Source of the DNA: Pseudanabaena sp. M085S1SP2A07QC
GTDB lineage: Bacteria > Cyanobacteriota > Cyanobacteriia > Pseudanabaenales > Pseudanabaenaceae
DNA length: 64,000 bases
NCBI GenBank assembly: GCA_020404895.1
Contig: JADBWK010000004.1
Coordinates: 109,506-173,505 of the forward strand
Reading direction: 5' to 3'
The position numbers were made by a program, and so were the translations under genes. Shown here in pieces: positions 18,083-28,210 of the stretch; position 1 is the first letter of the stretch, and every line of letters begins with the position of its first letter. Under the pieces are notes generated by a model, which worked only from the letters and a program-made list of their open reading frames with translations, was not told where the DNA came from and made no database searches.

Positions 18083-18442
18083 GATTAATTTGGAGAGGTA
18101 ATTGTCGGTAAGTAACGGGTGGAAATTAGTCTTGAGTCACTTGTCTAATCAAGATACTCTACGCATCATTTCTTAGCAAATCTTTTGGGATACAACTGAT
18201 TGTGATCGCAACCAGCCTGAAGCATAGATATATCCAGAAACTCTCCATATTAAGGCTATTAGTCATTGATCCCCAATCTCGAAACTAATTTTGAGATTTG
18301 CAACGTTAAGATGCTTTGCAAATCTCAAAATTGGTTTTGATCAAGAGAATTGCTACTTACCAGTAGTTTACACATACTAGAGACTGCAAGCCGCTATATA
18401 CTGTTCCTTGACATAGTAATTTTTTTAATATTGTTTCAACCG

Positions 18443-19000
18443 ATGGTAACTACAAAATCTCAATCCAATGTTCTGCGATATGACATTGTCGGGTCACGGC
18501 GCTTTAGTAACTATTGCTTTGCGGTTATTGTTGCCATAGGTGCGTCGGGCTTTTTGCTAGCAGGAATATCGAGTTTCTTAAAGATTAATCTACTGCCGTT
18601 TTCTGAGCCTCTACAGTTGGAATTTGTACCTCAAGGTTTGGCGCTTTCCTTTTATGGAGTAGCTGGCACATTGCTAGAGCTATACCTGCTATATGTAATG
18701 GCGATCGATTATGGTAGCGGCTACAACGAGTTCGATCGCAATAATGGCAAGGTGACGCTTTTTCGGCAAGGACGTAGTAAGAGCAAGAATATTGAATTTA
18801 CTTACAAGATTTCTGATGTACAGGCGGTTCGTGTCGAAATTCGCAATGGTCTGAGTCCTAAGAGATCCTTATATCTGAGAGTTAAGGGCAAAGGCGACTT
18901 ACCTCTATCAGAGGTTGGTCAACCGATCGCTTTAACCGCTCTCGAAGATCGAGCCGCTGAAATTGCCAAGTTTTTGGCAGTGCCATTGGAAGGGCTATAA
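18443..19000 (+). CDS. ycf4: Photosystem I assembly protein Ycf4
   Basis: Colinear with Ycf4: GSRRFSNY..GFLLAGISSFL..LLPF, VPQGLALSFYG, GYNEFD, VQAVRVEIRNGLSPKR, FLAVPLEGL. ATG at 18443 gives 185 aa. The track start at 18350 is an upstream extension. Confidence 0.93.
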   Translation: MVTTKSQSNVLRYDIVGSRRFSNYCFAVIVAIGASGFLLAGISSFLKINLLPFSEPLQLEFVPQGLALSFYGVAGTLLELYLLYVMAIDYGSGYNEFDRNNGKVTLFRQGRSKSKNIEFTYKISDVQAVRVEIRNGLSPKRSLYLRVKGKGDLPLSEVGQPIALTALEDRAAEIAKFLAVPLEGL

Positions 19001-19043
19001 CTAGATGAGATGCGGCGCTTTGCGCCACATCTCATCTAGTTAT

Positions 19044-19128
19044 AGTAGGGTGCGTTACGCTGACGCTAACGCACTTTTAAAGTACCATTGCGGTTATTGG
19101 GTGCGTTACGCTAGCGTAACACACCCTA
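19044..19128. repeat. Double-hairpin palindromic element (gtagggtgcgttacgc..gcgtaacacaccctac)
   Basis: Same family as 6853-6929 and 63954-63983. It is preceded by a separate hairpin at about 19001-19039. Confidence 0.8.
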
Positions 19129-19164
19129 CATCTAGCTAGTTTTTTTAGTTATCAAGGATTAAAC

Positions 19165-19947
19165 ATGTTGCGTTGGATTCTTAGTTGTTTTTTAGCAATG
19201 AGTGTTTTGCTCACAAGTTGCACAAATGCGGGTGGTGTCTCCGCAAGCGCTTCACCAACTGCTTCTGAAAGTCAATCAGCCACTGCTTCACCTACAGCTA
19301 ACAGCAAGCCGACCGCGATCGCCACAATTCCTACATCGCCTAAGCCTAGTGCAAATCCTGAAAACTCACTAGAGGCGGCGCTTGCTAGATTTGTGCAGCT
19401 TAAAGGCTCGGCAACGGTGGAATTAAAACTAAAGTCTGGAACCGTTAAGATCGAGCTTGATGGCGTTAATGCACCAGTTACCGCTGGTAATTTTGCCGAT
19501 TTAGTCAAGCGTGGGTTGTATAACGGCTTAACTTTTCATCGAGTGGTTAAAGATCCAACCCCCTTTGTCGCCCAGGGTGGCGATCCCCTTGGCGATGGTA
19601 CGGGTAATTTCACTGATCCTGTAACTTCACAGCCTCGTTATATTCCTCTAGAAATTTTGCCTGATGGCGCAAAACAGCCTATCTATGGCGAAATTTTACC
19701 ACCCACTCAAAAGCCAAAATTGCGTCACAACAAGGGCGCGATCGCTATGGCGAGATCACAGTCTCCGAATTCTGCATCTAGCCAGTTTTATCTCGCTCTT
19801 GATGATATTTACTTTCTTGATGGTTCCTATGCTGTATTTGGTTATGTAACTGAAGGCATGGAGTTAGTCGAAAAAATTCAAGTCGGCGATCGCATTGAAT
19901 CGATAACGATCACTAAAGGCGAAGAAAACCTTAAGCAACCTGCTTAA
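19165..19947 (+). CDS. Cyclophilin-type peptidyl-prolyl cis-trans isomerase, lipoprotein
   Basis: Lipobox LLTSC, a Ser/Pro/Ala-rich linker, then cyclophilin motifs FHRVVKDPTPFVAQGGDP and SQFYL. Confidence 0.9.
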   Translation: MLRWILSCFLAMSVLLTSCTNAGGVSASASPTASESQSATASPTANSKPTAIATIPTSPKPSANPENSLEAALARFVQLKGSATVELKLKSGTVKIELDGVNAPVTAGNFADLVKRGLYNGLTFHRVVKDPTPFVAQGGDPLGDGTGNFTDPVTSQPRYIPLEILPDGAKQPIYGEILPPTQKPKLRHNKGAIAMARSQSPNSASSQFYLALDDIYFLDGSYAVFGYVTEGMELVEKIQVGDRIESITITKGEENLKQPA

Positions 19948-20233
19948 AAAATTAAAAAATGAGCCTGCAAATGTAGTCATTGCAACAAGCGTAGCGATCG
20001 CTGTCATGATTACTTTCATGGGTTAATGCTCCTTAATATTTCAGAACACAACACAGAGACTATCTCTACTTTAACTCAAGCAACCCTATTCTTATCCAAG
20101 AAGTGTTGCGGCGCGCCGCGCCGCAACACTTCTTGTTTTTTACGGAGAGAGTACACCCTTCCCATCGAAAGGATAAATGAATAAACTAGTGGTGCGCGGC
20201 AAAGCCGTGCACCACTAGTTTAAGGGAGTAAAC

Positions 20234-21841
20234 ATGACTGTTGTTGCGATTGATTTTGGAACTAGTAATACTGCGATCGCAATTCTTACAATGGATAGAG
20301 ATCGCGATATTGCTATACCAAAAACTTTGCATTTTGATAATATCACTCACGGTTTTGAGACAAATGAGGGAACGGCTTGGCTAGTGCCGAGTTTAGTCTA
20401 TGTGCTTGGCAATGAGACGGATTATGGTGAATTTCTGTTTGGAGAACAAGCGCGATCGCAATACTTATTAGAAAATCAATCAAAGCGATTGTTTCAAGGA
20501 TTTAAGCGGGATATTGTCGCTAGTTTTCGATCGCCTGCGCGTGAGATTGATGGCAAGCTTTATGATGCCGAAGTGATCGCGGAAGTGTTCTTAACAGAAT
20601 TATGGCAGCGCTTACTATTACAAGATATCCAGCCAACGCAATTAATCTTTACAGTTCCCGTTGGCGCATTTGAGGCATATCTCAACTGGTTTAGTAACTT
20701 TGCCGAACGTCTACAAGTTCCTAACTTCCAAATTATCGATGAATCTACTGCCTCTGCTCTGGGCTATGCGATTACTCGTCCAAATGCTCTGGTATTAGTG
20801 ATTGATTTTGGTGGTGGCACGTTAGATTTAAGTTTAGTACGCACTGCGCCAATTACTAACGCCACCAATCCTAAACAAGTTAACAAAGCTGAAGCGATCG
20901 CTAAATCTGATGCTTATATTGGTGGAATTGACATTGACCGATGGATTGCCGAGCATTTTTTGCGACAATTGGGAAGCACGCGATCGCAAATTGGGGAAGC
21001 TAGTTGGCTCAGTATTTTAGAAATATCAGAACAAATCAAAATTCAATTGTCAGTGGTTCAGGAAGTCAAAGAAATTTGGCTAGATGAGGATTTGATTTCT
21101 CGCAAATTGAGGCTTAATCAAGATGAATTGACGGAAATTCTTGAACAAAATCAGATGCTTGAGCAGTTGCGCGAAGCTATCGATGAAGTTCTGACTATTG
21201 GACTAAATCGGGGTATTAGTAAAGCGGAGATCGAGCAAGTTCTGTTAGTGGGCGGCAGTTGCCAGCTTGTGGCAATTCAGCGATTGATCATGTCGTATTT
21301 CGGCAAATCCAAAGTTAAGTTTGGCAAGCCATTTGAGGCTGTCGCTCATGGGGCTTTAGTTCTCGGTCAGGAGATCGCAGTTGTAGATCATTTACGGCAT
21401 AGCTACGCAATTCGTCTTTGGGAACCTTATCTGCATCAATATTCTTTCTATACATTGTTTGAGAAGGGCACAAAATATCCTTGCCAACGCCCTGAGCCTT
21501 TAATTTTGCAAGCAGCGATCGCGGGACAAACCGAAATTTGGCTAGATATCGGTGAGGTTGCCGATATTTCACAGGCTGAAGTTACCTATGACAGTTTTGG
21601 ACGCATGACTAGCAGTCAATTGCTGAAACAATCAGATTTTCGATCGTTAGCCGCAAATAGTAAAAAATCAGAGGTCGATCAAGTGTGCATAGCGCGACTC
21701 GATCCTTCAGGACAGTTAGGAAGCGATCGCATTGCCGTTAATTTTGAAATCGATGATCGGCGTTTTTTGACGGTAACTGTGTGCGATTTGCTGACGGATC
21801 AGGTACTGATCGACAAACAGGCGATCGCCAAACTAGAATGA
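20234..21841 (+). CDS. Hsp70-family (actin-fold ATPase) protein with a non-canonical C-terminal domain
   Basis: Phosphate-1 AIDFGTSNT, phosphate-2 DFGGGTLD, adenosine motif LLVGGSCQLVAIQRLI. No recognisable DnaK substrate-binding or lid sequence. Confidence 0.85.
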   Translation: MTVVAIDFGTSNTAIAILTMDRDRDIAIPKTLHFDNITHGFETNEGTAWLVPSLVYVLGNETDYGEFLFGEQARSQYLLENQSKRLFQGFKRDIVASFRSPAREIDGKLYDAEVIAEVFLTELWQRLLLQDIQPTQLIFTVPVGAFEAYLNWFSNFAERLQVPNFQIIDESTASALGYAITRPNALVLVIDFGGGTLDLSLVRTAPITNATNPKQVNKAEAIAKSDAYIGGIDIDRWIAEHFLRQLGSTRSQIGEASWLSILEISEQIKIQLSVVQEVKEIWLDEDLISRKLRLNQDELTEILEQNQMLEQLREAIDEVLTIGLNRGISKAEIEQVLLVGGSCQLVAIQRLIMSYFGKSKVKFGKPFEAVAHGALVLGQEIAVVDHLRHSYAIRLWEPYLHQYSFYTLFEKGTKYPCQRPEPLILQAAIAGQTEIWLDIGEVADISQAEVTYDSFGRMTSSQLLKQSDFRSLAANSKKSEVDQVCIARLDPSGQLGSDRIAVNFEIDDRRFLTVTVCDLLTDQVLIDKQAIAKLE

Positions 21842-21943
21842 ATCTTTAAGAAATGACTTTAAGCGTCTGAAATTTTGTAGAATCTAGAAATGGTATATTT
21901 CTACGTTCTGGCTCAAACATTCAGTTGATAGCAGGTATCACTT

Positions 21944-22453
21944 GTGACTCACACACGCTCAAAACATTCTCGACTGATGATTGCTGTCTTACCTGACGAA
22001 TCTTCAGCTTTTGAAGCATATCGATTGCTTCAATGTCATGGCATTTCGCCCGAGCATCTTGCTCTAGTTGGCAAAGGCTACAGCAGCCCCGATAGTGTCG
22101 GCTTATTTAATCCCACTTTCACAGCATGGCGCTACGCCAAGCGAGGAATGTTTTGGTTAGGCGTAATTAGCACCGTAATGGGCGTGATCTTATATTTGAT
22201 CTTCAATATCAAATTGCCCAATCTTGAATGGCATCAGGCTTTATTGACGATCGCCTCAACCTCTGGACTGATTGGGATCTTTATTGGTGGCGTAATTGGC
22301 ACTTTATATGGCTGGTTCTTTAAAAGTAGCCTGTCGATTTCCTGTCGTAGTTGTTTAGAGCGCGGACAATACTTACTCATGCTAGAAGGTTCTGAAACGC
22401 TTACTCGGCGAGGAAGAGAAATTCTTAATGACTATACTGTAAAACCACATTAA
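21944..22453 (+). CDS. Small membrane protein, function unknown
   Basis: GTG start. Soluble N-terminal ~50 aa, then 2-3 hydrophobic helices (GMFWLGVISTVMGVILYLIF; LIGIFIGGVIGTLYGWFF). Confidence 0.5.
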   Translation: MTHTRSKHSRLMIAVLPDESSAFEAYRLLQCHGISPEHLALVGKGYSSPDSVGLFNPTFTAWRYAKRGMFWLGVISTVMGVILYLIFNIKLPNLEWHQALLTIASTSGLIGIFIGGVIGTLYGWFFKSSLSISCRSCLERGQYLLMLEGSETLTRRGREILNDYTVKPH

Positions 22454-22510
22454 TTAACCAAAAAAACTGTAAATTTCGTGTTAAGATCTCGCGAAATGAG
22501 TTTTTAAGCT

Positions 22511-25500
22511 ATGTCTAATGCGAAAACTATTTTGATAGTGAATAATGATGAAAGTGATCGCTTACTTTGTCGTAACTATATAGAATGTGATCCTGAAAAT
22601 AGCTATCGTATTTTAGAAGCTGAAACTCTTAAGCAAGGATTGGAATTATGGCGATCGCAAACCCCTGATGTGACATTGGTTGACATCGGTTTGCCTGATG
22701 GCAATAGCCTAGTCTTAGTCGAGACTATTCGTGCTGACATTCAAAGTAAGGCAAGTAAACAGGTATTAGATCTCAAACTTCCAGTAATTATGTTTATAGG
22801 AAGTGAAGACGCAAGAAATGCAGTGAGCACAATGAGTTTGGGAGCATATGACTATTTGATTAAAGATGGTATTACCAAATATTCATTACAACGGAGTATC
22901 TGTAGCTTACTTGAATACATTAGCTTAAACCGCCAACTAGAGCAGTCTTGCAGACGGGAAGAGCTAGTTTCTCAAGTCGCTCTAAATACTCGTCAGTTTA
23001 TTAATCTAGAAGATATTTGTCAGACTGTGGTTCAAGAAATTAGTAAATTTCTCCAAACTGATCGCACGCTTATTTATAAATTTGATGAGGATATGAGCCG
23101 CAGAATTATTGCTGAGGAAGTAGTTCCGTCTTTTTCTTCTTGTTTAGGTTTTGGGTCTGATGCTCTCTGTCCCCATCTTTCCGAGGAACAGATGAATGCC
23201 TATTTAGATTGTCAGATTTCTGCTAATGCAGATATACATAGTGCTGGTTTTGCAGAATGTCATGTACAGATGTTGGAGGGCTTTCAGGTTAAAGCAAATG
23301 TGGTTGTACCAATTCTATTAGCTGAATCTCTAAGTAATAATTCAGTTTCTAATAATCAGCCAAATAATCGCCAGAACAATCAAACTTTATGGGGATTACT
23401 GATTGTTCATCAATGTTCGGCAACTCGTGATTGGGATGAACATGAAATTAAGTTGCTTAAGCAATTATCGGTGCAATTAGCGATCGCAATTCAACAAGCT
23501 GAAATCCATCAGGAACTTCAAAACTTGAATGATTCTTTAACGATACAAGTCCAAAATAAGACATCCGCACTTCAAGCTAGTGAGCATAAGTTGCGTTCAA
23601 TATTAAATGGGATTCCAGACATTATCAATTTAATCAGTATAGATGGCACTTATCTTGAATCTAAACAGGATAAACCTTCTTATGACTTCATTCCCGATCA
23701 TACTCATTCGATCGGGAAGAAGATTGTAGATCTCCTGCCATTAACACTTGCGACAAATCAACTTCAGACAATTCAGCAGGCTGTCTCTTCTGGGGAAATA
23801 TTAACTATCGATCAAACTTATCAGGCTAGTGACGGGGGACACTATGAGGAAGTTCGAGTAATCCCAATAGACAATAACGCTGCTGTTGTAGTTGTCCGTG
23901 ATATTAGCAATCACCGTCGCGCTGAAATTGCCTTATTTGCAAGTGAGGAGAAACTCAAAAAAGTAGCACTGTCATCTCCAGTGATAATCGAGATTTTTGT
24001 GCAACGCACAAATGGTTCTGCATATTTTGAATATTTAAGTCCCGCTTTTGAGGAGATTTATGAGTTAAAAGTTGCCCAAGTCATGCAAAATCCTCAACTT
24101 TGTTTTGAGCAGATTCATCCTGATGATGTAGCGAATGTATGGGAAGCTGTTGGCATTAGTCTTGAGACATTATCAATCTTGCAGCACGAATGGCGAGTCA
24201 TTACCCCATCTGGCAAGATTAAATGGCTATGTACTAATCTCCGTCCAGAGTGGCGAAAAAATGGAGATACGGCTTGGTATGGAACTGTCTCAGATATCAG
24301 TGATCGCAAACAGATAGAAATCACTCTTGAGAAACAATTAATCTACAATAAAACACTTTTGACTAATTCTTTTGATGGAATTGTGATCATTGATAGTTTG
24401 GGGAATTTTGTTGAGTGTAATTCAAGTTTCGCCGAGATGCTTGGTTATTCTCTAGAAGAAATACCTAATCTCAGTATTTATGATATTGATGTGAGATGGA
24501 CAAAAGAAGAATTAGATAAGGGAATTCAAGAATTTAACCTTCGGCGAAAAAAAGTCCAGTTTGAAACTCAACATCGTAAAAAAGATGGATCGATCTGTGA
24601 TGTTGAGATTAGCGCCAATTCTGTCGATTGGGATAATAATATTTTACAATTTTGCATTTGCCGAGATATTACAAAACGCAAACTCGCTGAACAATCATTA
24701 GAGAAAGATAAAGAACTAGCCGAATCTGCCAATAAAGCTAAGAGTGAATTTCTTGCCAATATGAGCCATGAAATCCGTACGCCAATGAATGGAGTTCTTG
24801 GCATGGCGCAACTGCTATCTACTACACCCTTGAATGAAGACCAAAAGGATTTTGTAAAGGTTATCTTAGATAGTGGGGATGCGTTATTAACGGTAATTAA
24901 TGACATTCTAGACTTCTCAAAAATTGAATCTGGAAATCTCCAGCTAGAGCAAAAAGAATTTAATTTTGAAGATACGCTCAATGCAGTTTGTAATCTCTTA
25001 AATAAACAGGCTTCTGACAAAAACATTAATCTGCAATGTCACGTTAATAGCATAAACCCCACTACAGTCGTAGGCGATAGCTCACGACTGAGACAAATCC
25101 TGATTAACCTAATTGGTAATGCAATTAAGTTTACTAATCAAGGCTATATCTCCATTAGCTATAACCGTAAATTTATTGCAGCTAACACCTACGAATTTAG
25201 GTTCTCGATCGCAGATACAGGGATTGGCATCAATTGCAATAGCATCCATAAACTGTTTAAGCCTTTTACTCAAGCTGATGCCTCGATCAATCGTCAGTTT
25301 GGAGGGACTGGGCTAGGATTGGCAATCTCCAAACGACTTGTAGAAATCATGGGTGGAACAATCTGGGTGGAAAGTCGAGGTAAAGTCGGTGGCTATCCTC
25401 CATCAGATTGGGTAATCAGATCTAACGATAATACTGGCTCCACTTTCTATTTCACAGTCATCTTACCTGTAATTGCGATACCCCCCACTATCACCACTAA

Positions 25501-25948
25501 TAAATCTGGTTCTTTTTTACCTGATAATAATAAAATTAGTTTTGAGCAGTTTCCTATTAAAATCTTGATTGTTGAAGATACTATTCTCAATCAAAGAATA
25601 ATTGTCCTAATGCTCCAAAAACTAGGCTGTCAAGCCGATGTAGTTAACGATGGCAGTAAATGTGTAGCGATTTTTTCTAATCAAGATTCTCAGGCTACCT
25701 ATGATATCATATTCATGGATGTGCAGATGCCTGTTATGGATGGACTAACTGCAACTAGAGCAATTCGTCAAAGTTCATTACTAACACAGCCTTGGATTAT
25801 TGCCCTCACTGCTGATGCTATGCCAGAAGATTATAAAGCCTGTATGAATGCGGGAATGAATGACTATATGTGTAAACCAATCAATATAAAAGATGTTGAG
25901 CGATCGCTATTAAAATACATCAAAGTCAATAACGTACGATCACTGTAA
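22511..25948 (+). CDS. Hybrid sensor histidine kinase (REC-GAF-PAS x3-HisKA-HATPase_c-REC)
   Basis: N-terminal receiver and a GAF region. H-box [11 protein letters not shown]-box LIGNAIKFT, G-boxes DTGIGI and GGTGLGLAISK. C-terminal receiver IFMDVQMPVMDG..CKP. Confidence 0.93.
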   Translation: MSNAKTILIVNNDESDRLLCRNYIECDPENSYRILEAETLKQGLELWRSQTPDVTLVDIGLPDGNSLVLVETIRADIQSKASKQVLDLKLPVIMFIGSEDARNAVSTMSLGAYDYLIKDGITKYSLQRSICSLLEYISLNRQLEQSCRREELVSQVALNTRQFINLEDICQTVVQEISKFLQTDRTLIYKFDEDMSRRIIAEEVVPSFSSCLGFGSDALCPHLSEEQMNAYLDCQISANADIHSAGFAECHVQMLEGFQVKANVVVPILLAESLSNNSVSNNQPNNRQNNQTLWGLLIVHQCSATRDWDEHEIKLLKQLSVQLAIAIQQAEIHQELQNLNDSLTIQVQNKTSALQASEHKLRSILNGIPDIINLISIDGTYLESKQDKPSYDFIPDHTHSIGKKIVDLLPLTLATNQLQTIQQAVSSGEILTIDQTYQASDGGHYEEVRVIPIDNNAAVVVVRDISNHRRAEIALFASEEKLKKVALSSPVIIEIFVQRTNGSAYFEYLSPAFEEIYELKVAQVMQNPQLCFEQIHPDDVANVWEAVGISLETLSILQHEWRVITPSGKIKWLCTNLRPEWRKNGDTAWYGTVSDISDRKQIEITLEKQLIYNKTLLTNSFDGIVIIDSLGNFVECNSSFAEMLGYSLEEIPNLSIYDIDVRWTKEELDKGIQEFNLRRKKVQFETQHRKKDGSICDVEISANSVDWDNNILQFCICRDITKRKLAEQSLEKDKELAESANKAKSEFLANMSHEIRTPMNGVLGMAQLLSTTPLNEDQKDFVKVILDSGDALLTVINDILDFSKIESGNLQLEQKEFNFEDTLNAVCNLLNKQASDKNINLQCHVNSINPTTVVGDSSRLRQILINLIGNAIKFTNQGYISISYNRKFIAANTYEFRFSIADTGIGINCNSIHKLFKPFTQADASINRQFGGTGLGLAISKRLVEIMGGTIWVESRGKVGGYPPSDWVIRSNDNTGSTFYFTVILPVIAIPPTITTNKSGSFLPDNNKISFEQFPIKILIVEDTILNQRIIVLMLQKLGCQADVVNDGSKCVAIFSNQDSQATYDIIFMDVQMPVMDGLTATRAIRQSSLLTQPWIIALTADAMPEDYKACMNAGMNDYMCKPINIKDVERSLLKYIKVNNVRSL

Positions 25949-25959
25949 ATCAATTACCT

Positions 25960-26004
25960 AATACCAAAACACAAAATGGCGTAGCCATTTTGTGTTTTGG
26001 TATT
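25960..26004. terminator. 45-nt palindrome between convergent genes (core cacaaaatggcgtagccattttgtg)
   Basis: Perfect stem. The same core recurs at 49157-49199. Confidence 0.7.
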
Positions 26005-27016
26005 AGTCCTGATCAAATACTTTTCCTAATGACGCAGGTGGCGTAGTTCTGACTGTATTTAATATCCCTTGTTTAAGAGATCGCGGCAAGGCTGATATTA
26101 AGCGATCGAGCCATTCTCCTGAAGTCATCGCCAACATCAAAATCATCAATACAAAAGGAGCCGTATTAAATACCTGCGTCGGCACTTCAGGAATTGCACT
26201 CTGAGCGACACTGGCTAAAGATTGCAAAATCCCAAATAGATACGCTCCTAAGGCTACACGCAGAGGGTTCCAACCACCAAAAATGACGATCGCCAAGGCA
26301 ATCCAGCCATAACCTGCGGTGTGGCGGTGGCTCCATCCCGCTTTAAAATCTAACGAGAAAGCGGCTCCTGCGATCCCCATTAAGGCTCCACCGAGGAGCG
26401 TGTAAATGTAACGCATTTTAATCACATTAGTTCCTCTAGCAAAAGCTGCAGATGGTTGTTCGCCCACTGTCCGTAGGATCAAACCGCCTTGTGTACGATA
26501 GAAATAGAACCATGAACCCAGAATTAAAATGTAGCTGCTGTAGACTAATAGATCACTTTGAAATAGGAGTTTCCCAAAAACAGGAATACTCTCTAAAACA
26601 GGAATTTTAAAGCTCGGAACTGTAATTCCCTCAACTCTGACAACGGGATTGCCTAAAAAAGAAGATAAATCACTACACATCAGCGCCAATACAAATCCAA
26701 TTGACACTTGAGATTGCTTGAGGGTAATTGCGCCAACTGCTACGACTAAAGCGATCGCCGCACCCACAAGCGCCGCCGCCGCAAATCCTAAGAGTAAGCT
26801 ATTCGAGAACTTCGCTACCGCAAAACCTGTCATCGCTGACATCAAGATTGTCCCTTCAGCAGATAGATTAATCACGCCTGCCCGTTCGGTAATAGTTTCG
26901 CCAATACTGGCAAAAATTAAAGGTGTCGAAGTTGCGATCGCTGTAGCAAGAATTGTGATTATATCCATAGTTTTTATAGCGATAGGGATTAAGAGACTTT
27001 TTGAGAAGTTTTTCAC
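26003..27016 (-). CDS. ABC transporter permease (BMP/nucleoside-type importer, second permease)
   Basis: Polytopic membrane protein, last gene of the four-gene operon. An alternative ATG start lies at 26968 (MDIITIL). Confidence 0.85.
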   Translation of the reverse strand: MKNFSKSLLIPIAIKTMDIITILATAIATSTPLIFASIGETITERAGVINLSAEGTILMSAMTGFAVAKFSNSLLLGFAAAALVGAAIALVVAVGAITLKQSQVSIGFVLALMCSDLSSFLGNPVVRVEGITVPSFKIPVLESIPVFGKLLFQSDLLVYSSYILILGSWFYFYRTQGGLILRTVGEQPSAAFARGTNVIKMRYIYTLLGGALMGIAGAAFSLDFKAGWSHRHTAGYGWIALAIVIFGGWNPLRVALGAYLFGILQSLASVAQSAIPEVPTQVFNTAPFVLMILMLAMTSGEWLDRLISALPRSLKQGILNTVRTTPPASLGKVFDQD

Positions 27017-27021
27017 CCTCT

Positions 27022-27090
27022 AAATCCCCCTTGCAAAGGGAGAGGATTTAAGTCTCCCCCCTTTGCAAGGGGGGATTAAGGGGGGTAAAA
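27022..27090. repeat. C/G-tract twin-hairpin element (cccccttgcaaaggg..ccccctttgcaagggggg)
   Basis: Sits between the two permease genes. A related element lies at 29753-29838. Confidence 0.75.
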
Positions 27091-27130
27091 ATAGAAATTC
27101 ATGCTAGCTAGGATTCTTCTCTAACACGCT

Positions 27131-28210
27131 CTAAGAGTGAGCAGATTCCTTAGATAACTTGGCTAAACCTTCGCCAAGAATCGCGAAAAGTAGCAATGCT
27201 CCTTGAATAATCCCAGAAAGAGAAGAATCTAGACTTAGAGATAGCGGTAATTCCAAACTACCAACATTAAGAGAGCTAAATAGAAATGCGATCGGCAAAA
27301 CCAAAAAGGGATTGTAATTAATCAGCATGACTACTAGCAAAGCTAAAAATCCTAAATTGCTAGAAACATTAGGAATGAGTCGATGGAATACAGCGACTAC
27401 TTGCAAAGAGCCAGCGATACCAGCTAATGCACCACAGATGACAAAACTGCTCAGCATTTGCTCGATCGCAGGAATTCCCAAAACATAGGCTGCCCGTAGA
27501 TTATTACCCACCGCTTTTAGCTTCAAGCCAAAGTAAGTTGCTCTAATCGTGATTGCTGTTACAATCAAAGCAAATATAGCGATCGCTAAAGCAATCGGAC
27601 TAAAGTCAGTATTACCAACAGTAGGCAGCGATAAAGCATCACTAAATGGCTCCGTACCACTCATTGAGGCAACACCCGATCGCTTCCACGGACCAAAGAC
27701 TAGGTAAAGCGCTAATCCCTGCGCGGTGAAGTTCATGCCCAAACCAGCAAAAATCTCGCTGACTTTGCCATAGATATTTAACACCCCTGCTAGTAAGCCC
27801 CATAATCCACCGCCAACAATACCAAATAATATGGCAAGCGTAATCGCGATCGCAGGGGAAAACCCTTCGGGAATAAGTCTGAGCAATAATGTCGAGGCGA
27901 TCGCGCCTGCTGTAATTTGCCCTTCGATACCTAAGTTATATAAACCTGCGGTAAAGGTAAAAATCAAGCCGCAGGAAGCAAGTAATAAAGGGCAAAGAGT
28001 AGAAATAACCCTAGCAAAGCGATCGCTACTACCAAAAGCCCCATTCCACATGCCCATGGCGACTTGAGTCGGTGAGCCACTTGATAGCAAGATCACCGCC
28101 GCAATGAACAATAGCGCCGCCACAAAAGCCCCAAAACGAAAGTAGGCAACTTTAGGGAATTTTTTAAGAATTTGAAGATTTTGCAAGAAATTTTGTAAGG
28201 GACTATGCAA
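27131..28210 (-). CDS. ABC transporter permease (BMP/nucleoside-type importer, first permease)
   Basis: 359 aa with about 8-10 hydrophobic helices. It overlaps the ATPase gene by 8 nt. Confidence 0.85.
   Translation of the reverse strand: MHSPLQNFLQNLQILKKFPKVAYFRFGAFVAALLFIAAVILLSSGSPTQVAMGMWNGAFGSSDRFARVISTLCPLLLASCGLIFTFTAGLYNLGIEGQITAGAIASTLLLRLIPEGFSPAIAITLAILFGIVGGGLWGLLAGVLNIYGKVSEIFAGLGMNFTAQGLALYLVFGPWKRSGVASMSGTEPFSDALSLPTVGNTDFSPIALAIAIFALIVTAITIRATYFGLKLKAVGNNLRAAYVLGIPAIEQMLSSFVICGALAGIAGSLQVVAVFHRLIPNVSSNLGFLALLVVMLINYNPFLVLPIAFLFSSLNVGSLELPLSLSLDSSLSGIIQGALLLFAILGEGLAKLSKESAHS

Noticed and set aside
18350-18442. N-terminal 31-codon extension of ycf4 in the ORF track
   Set aside because: Ycf4 homology begins at the internal ATG (18443), and the extension has no counterpart in known Ycf4 proteins.
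24568-25026. 152-aa minus-strand ORF inside the hybrid kinase gene (also 24115-24324 and 25113-25316)
   Set aside because: They are antisense or out-of-frame shadows of the HisKA/HATPase coding region, with no independent support.
26718-27023. 101-aa plus-strand ORF inside the permease gene (also 27831-28067, 28264-28458 and 30283-30489 in the same operon)
   Set aside because: They are antisense shadows of membrane-protein and ABC genes.
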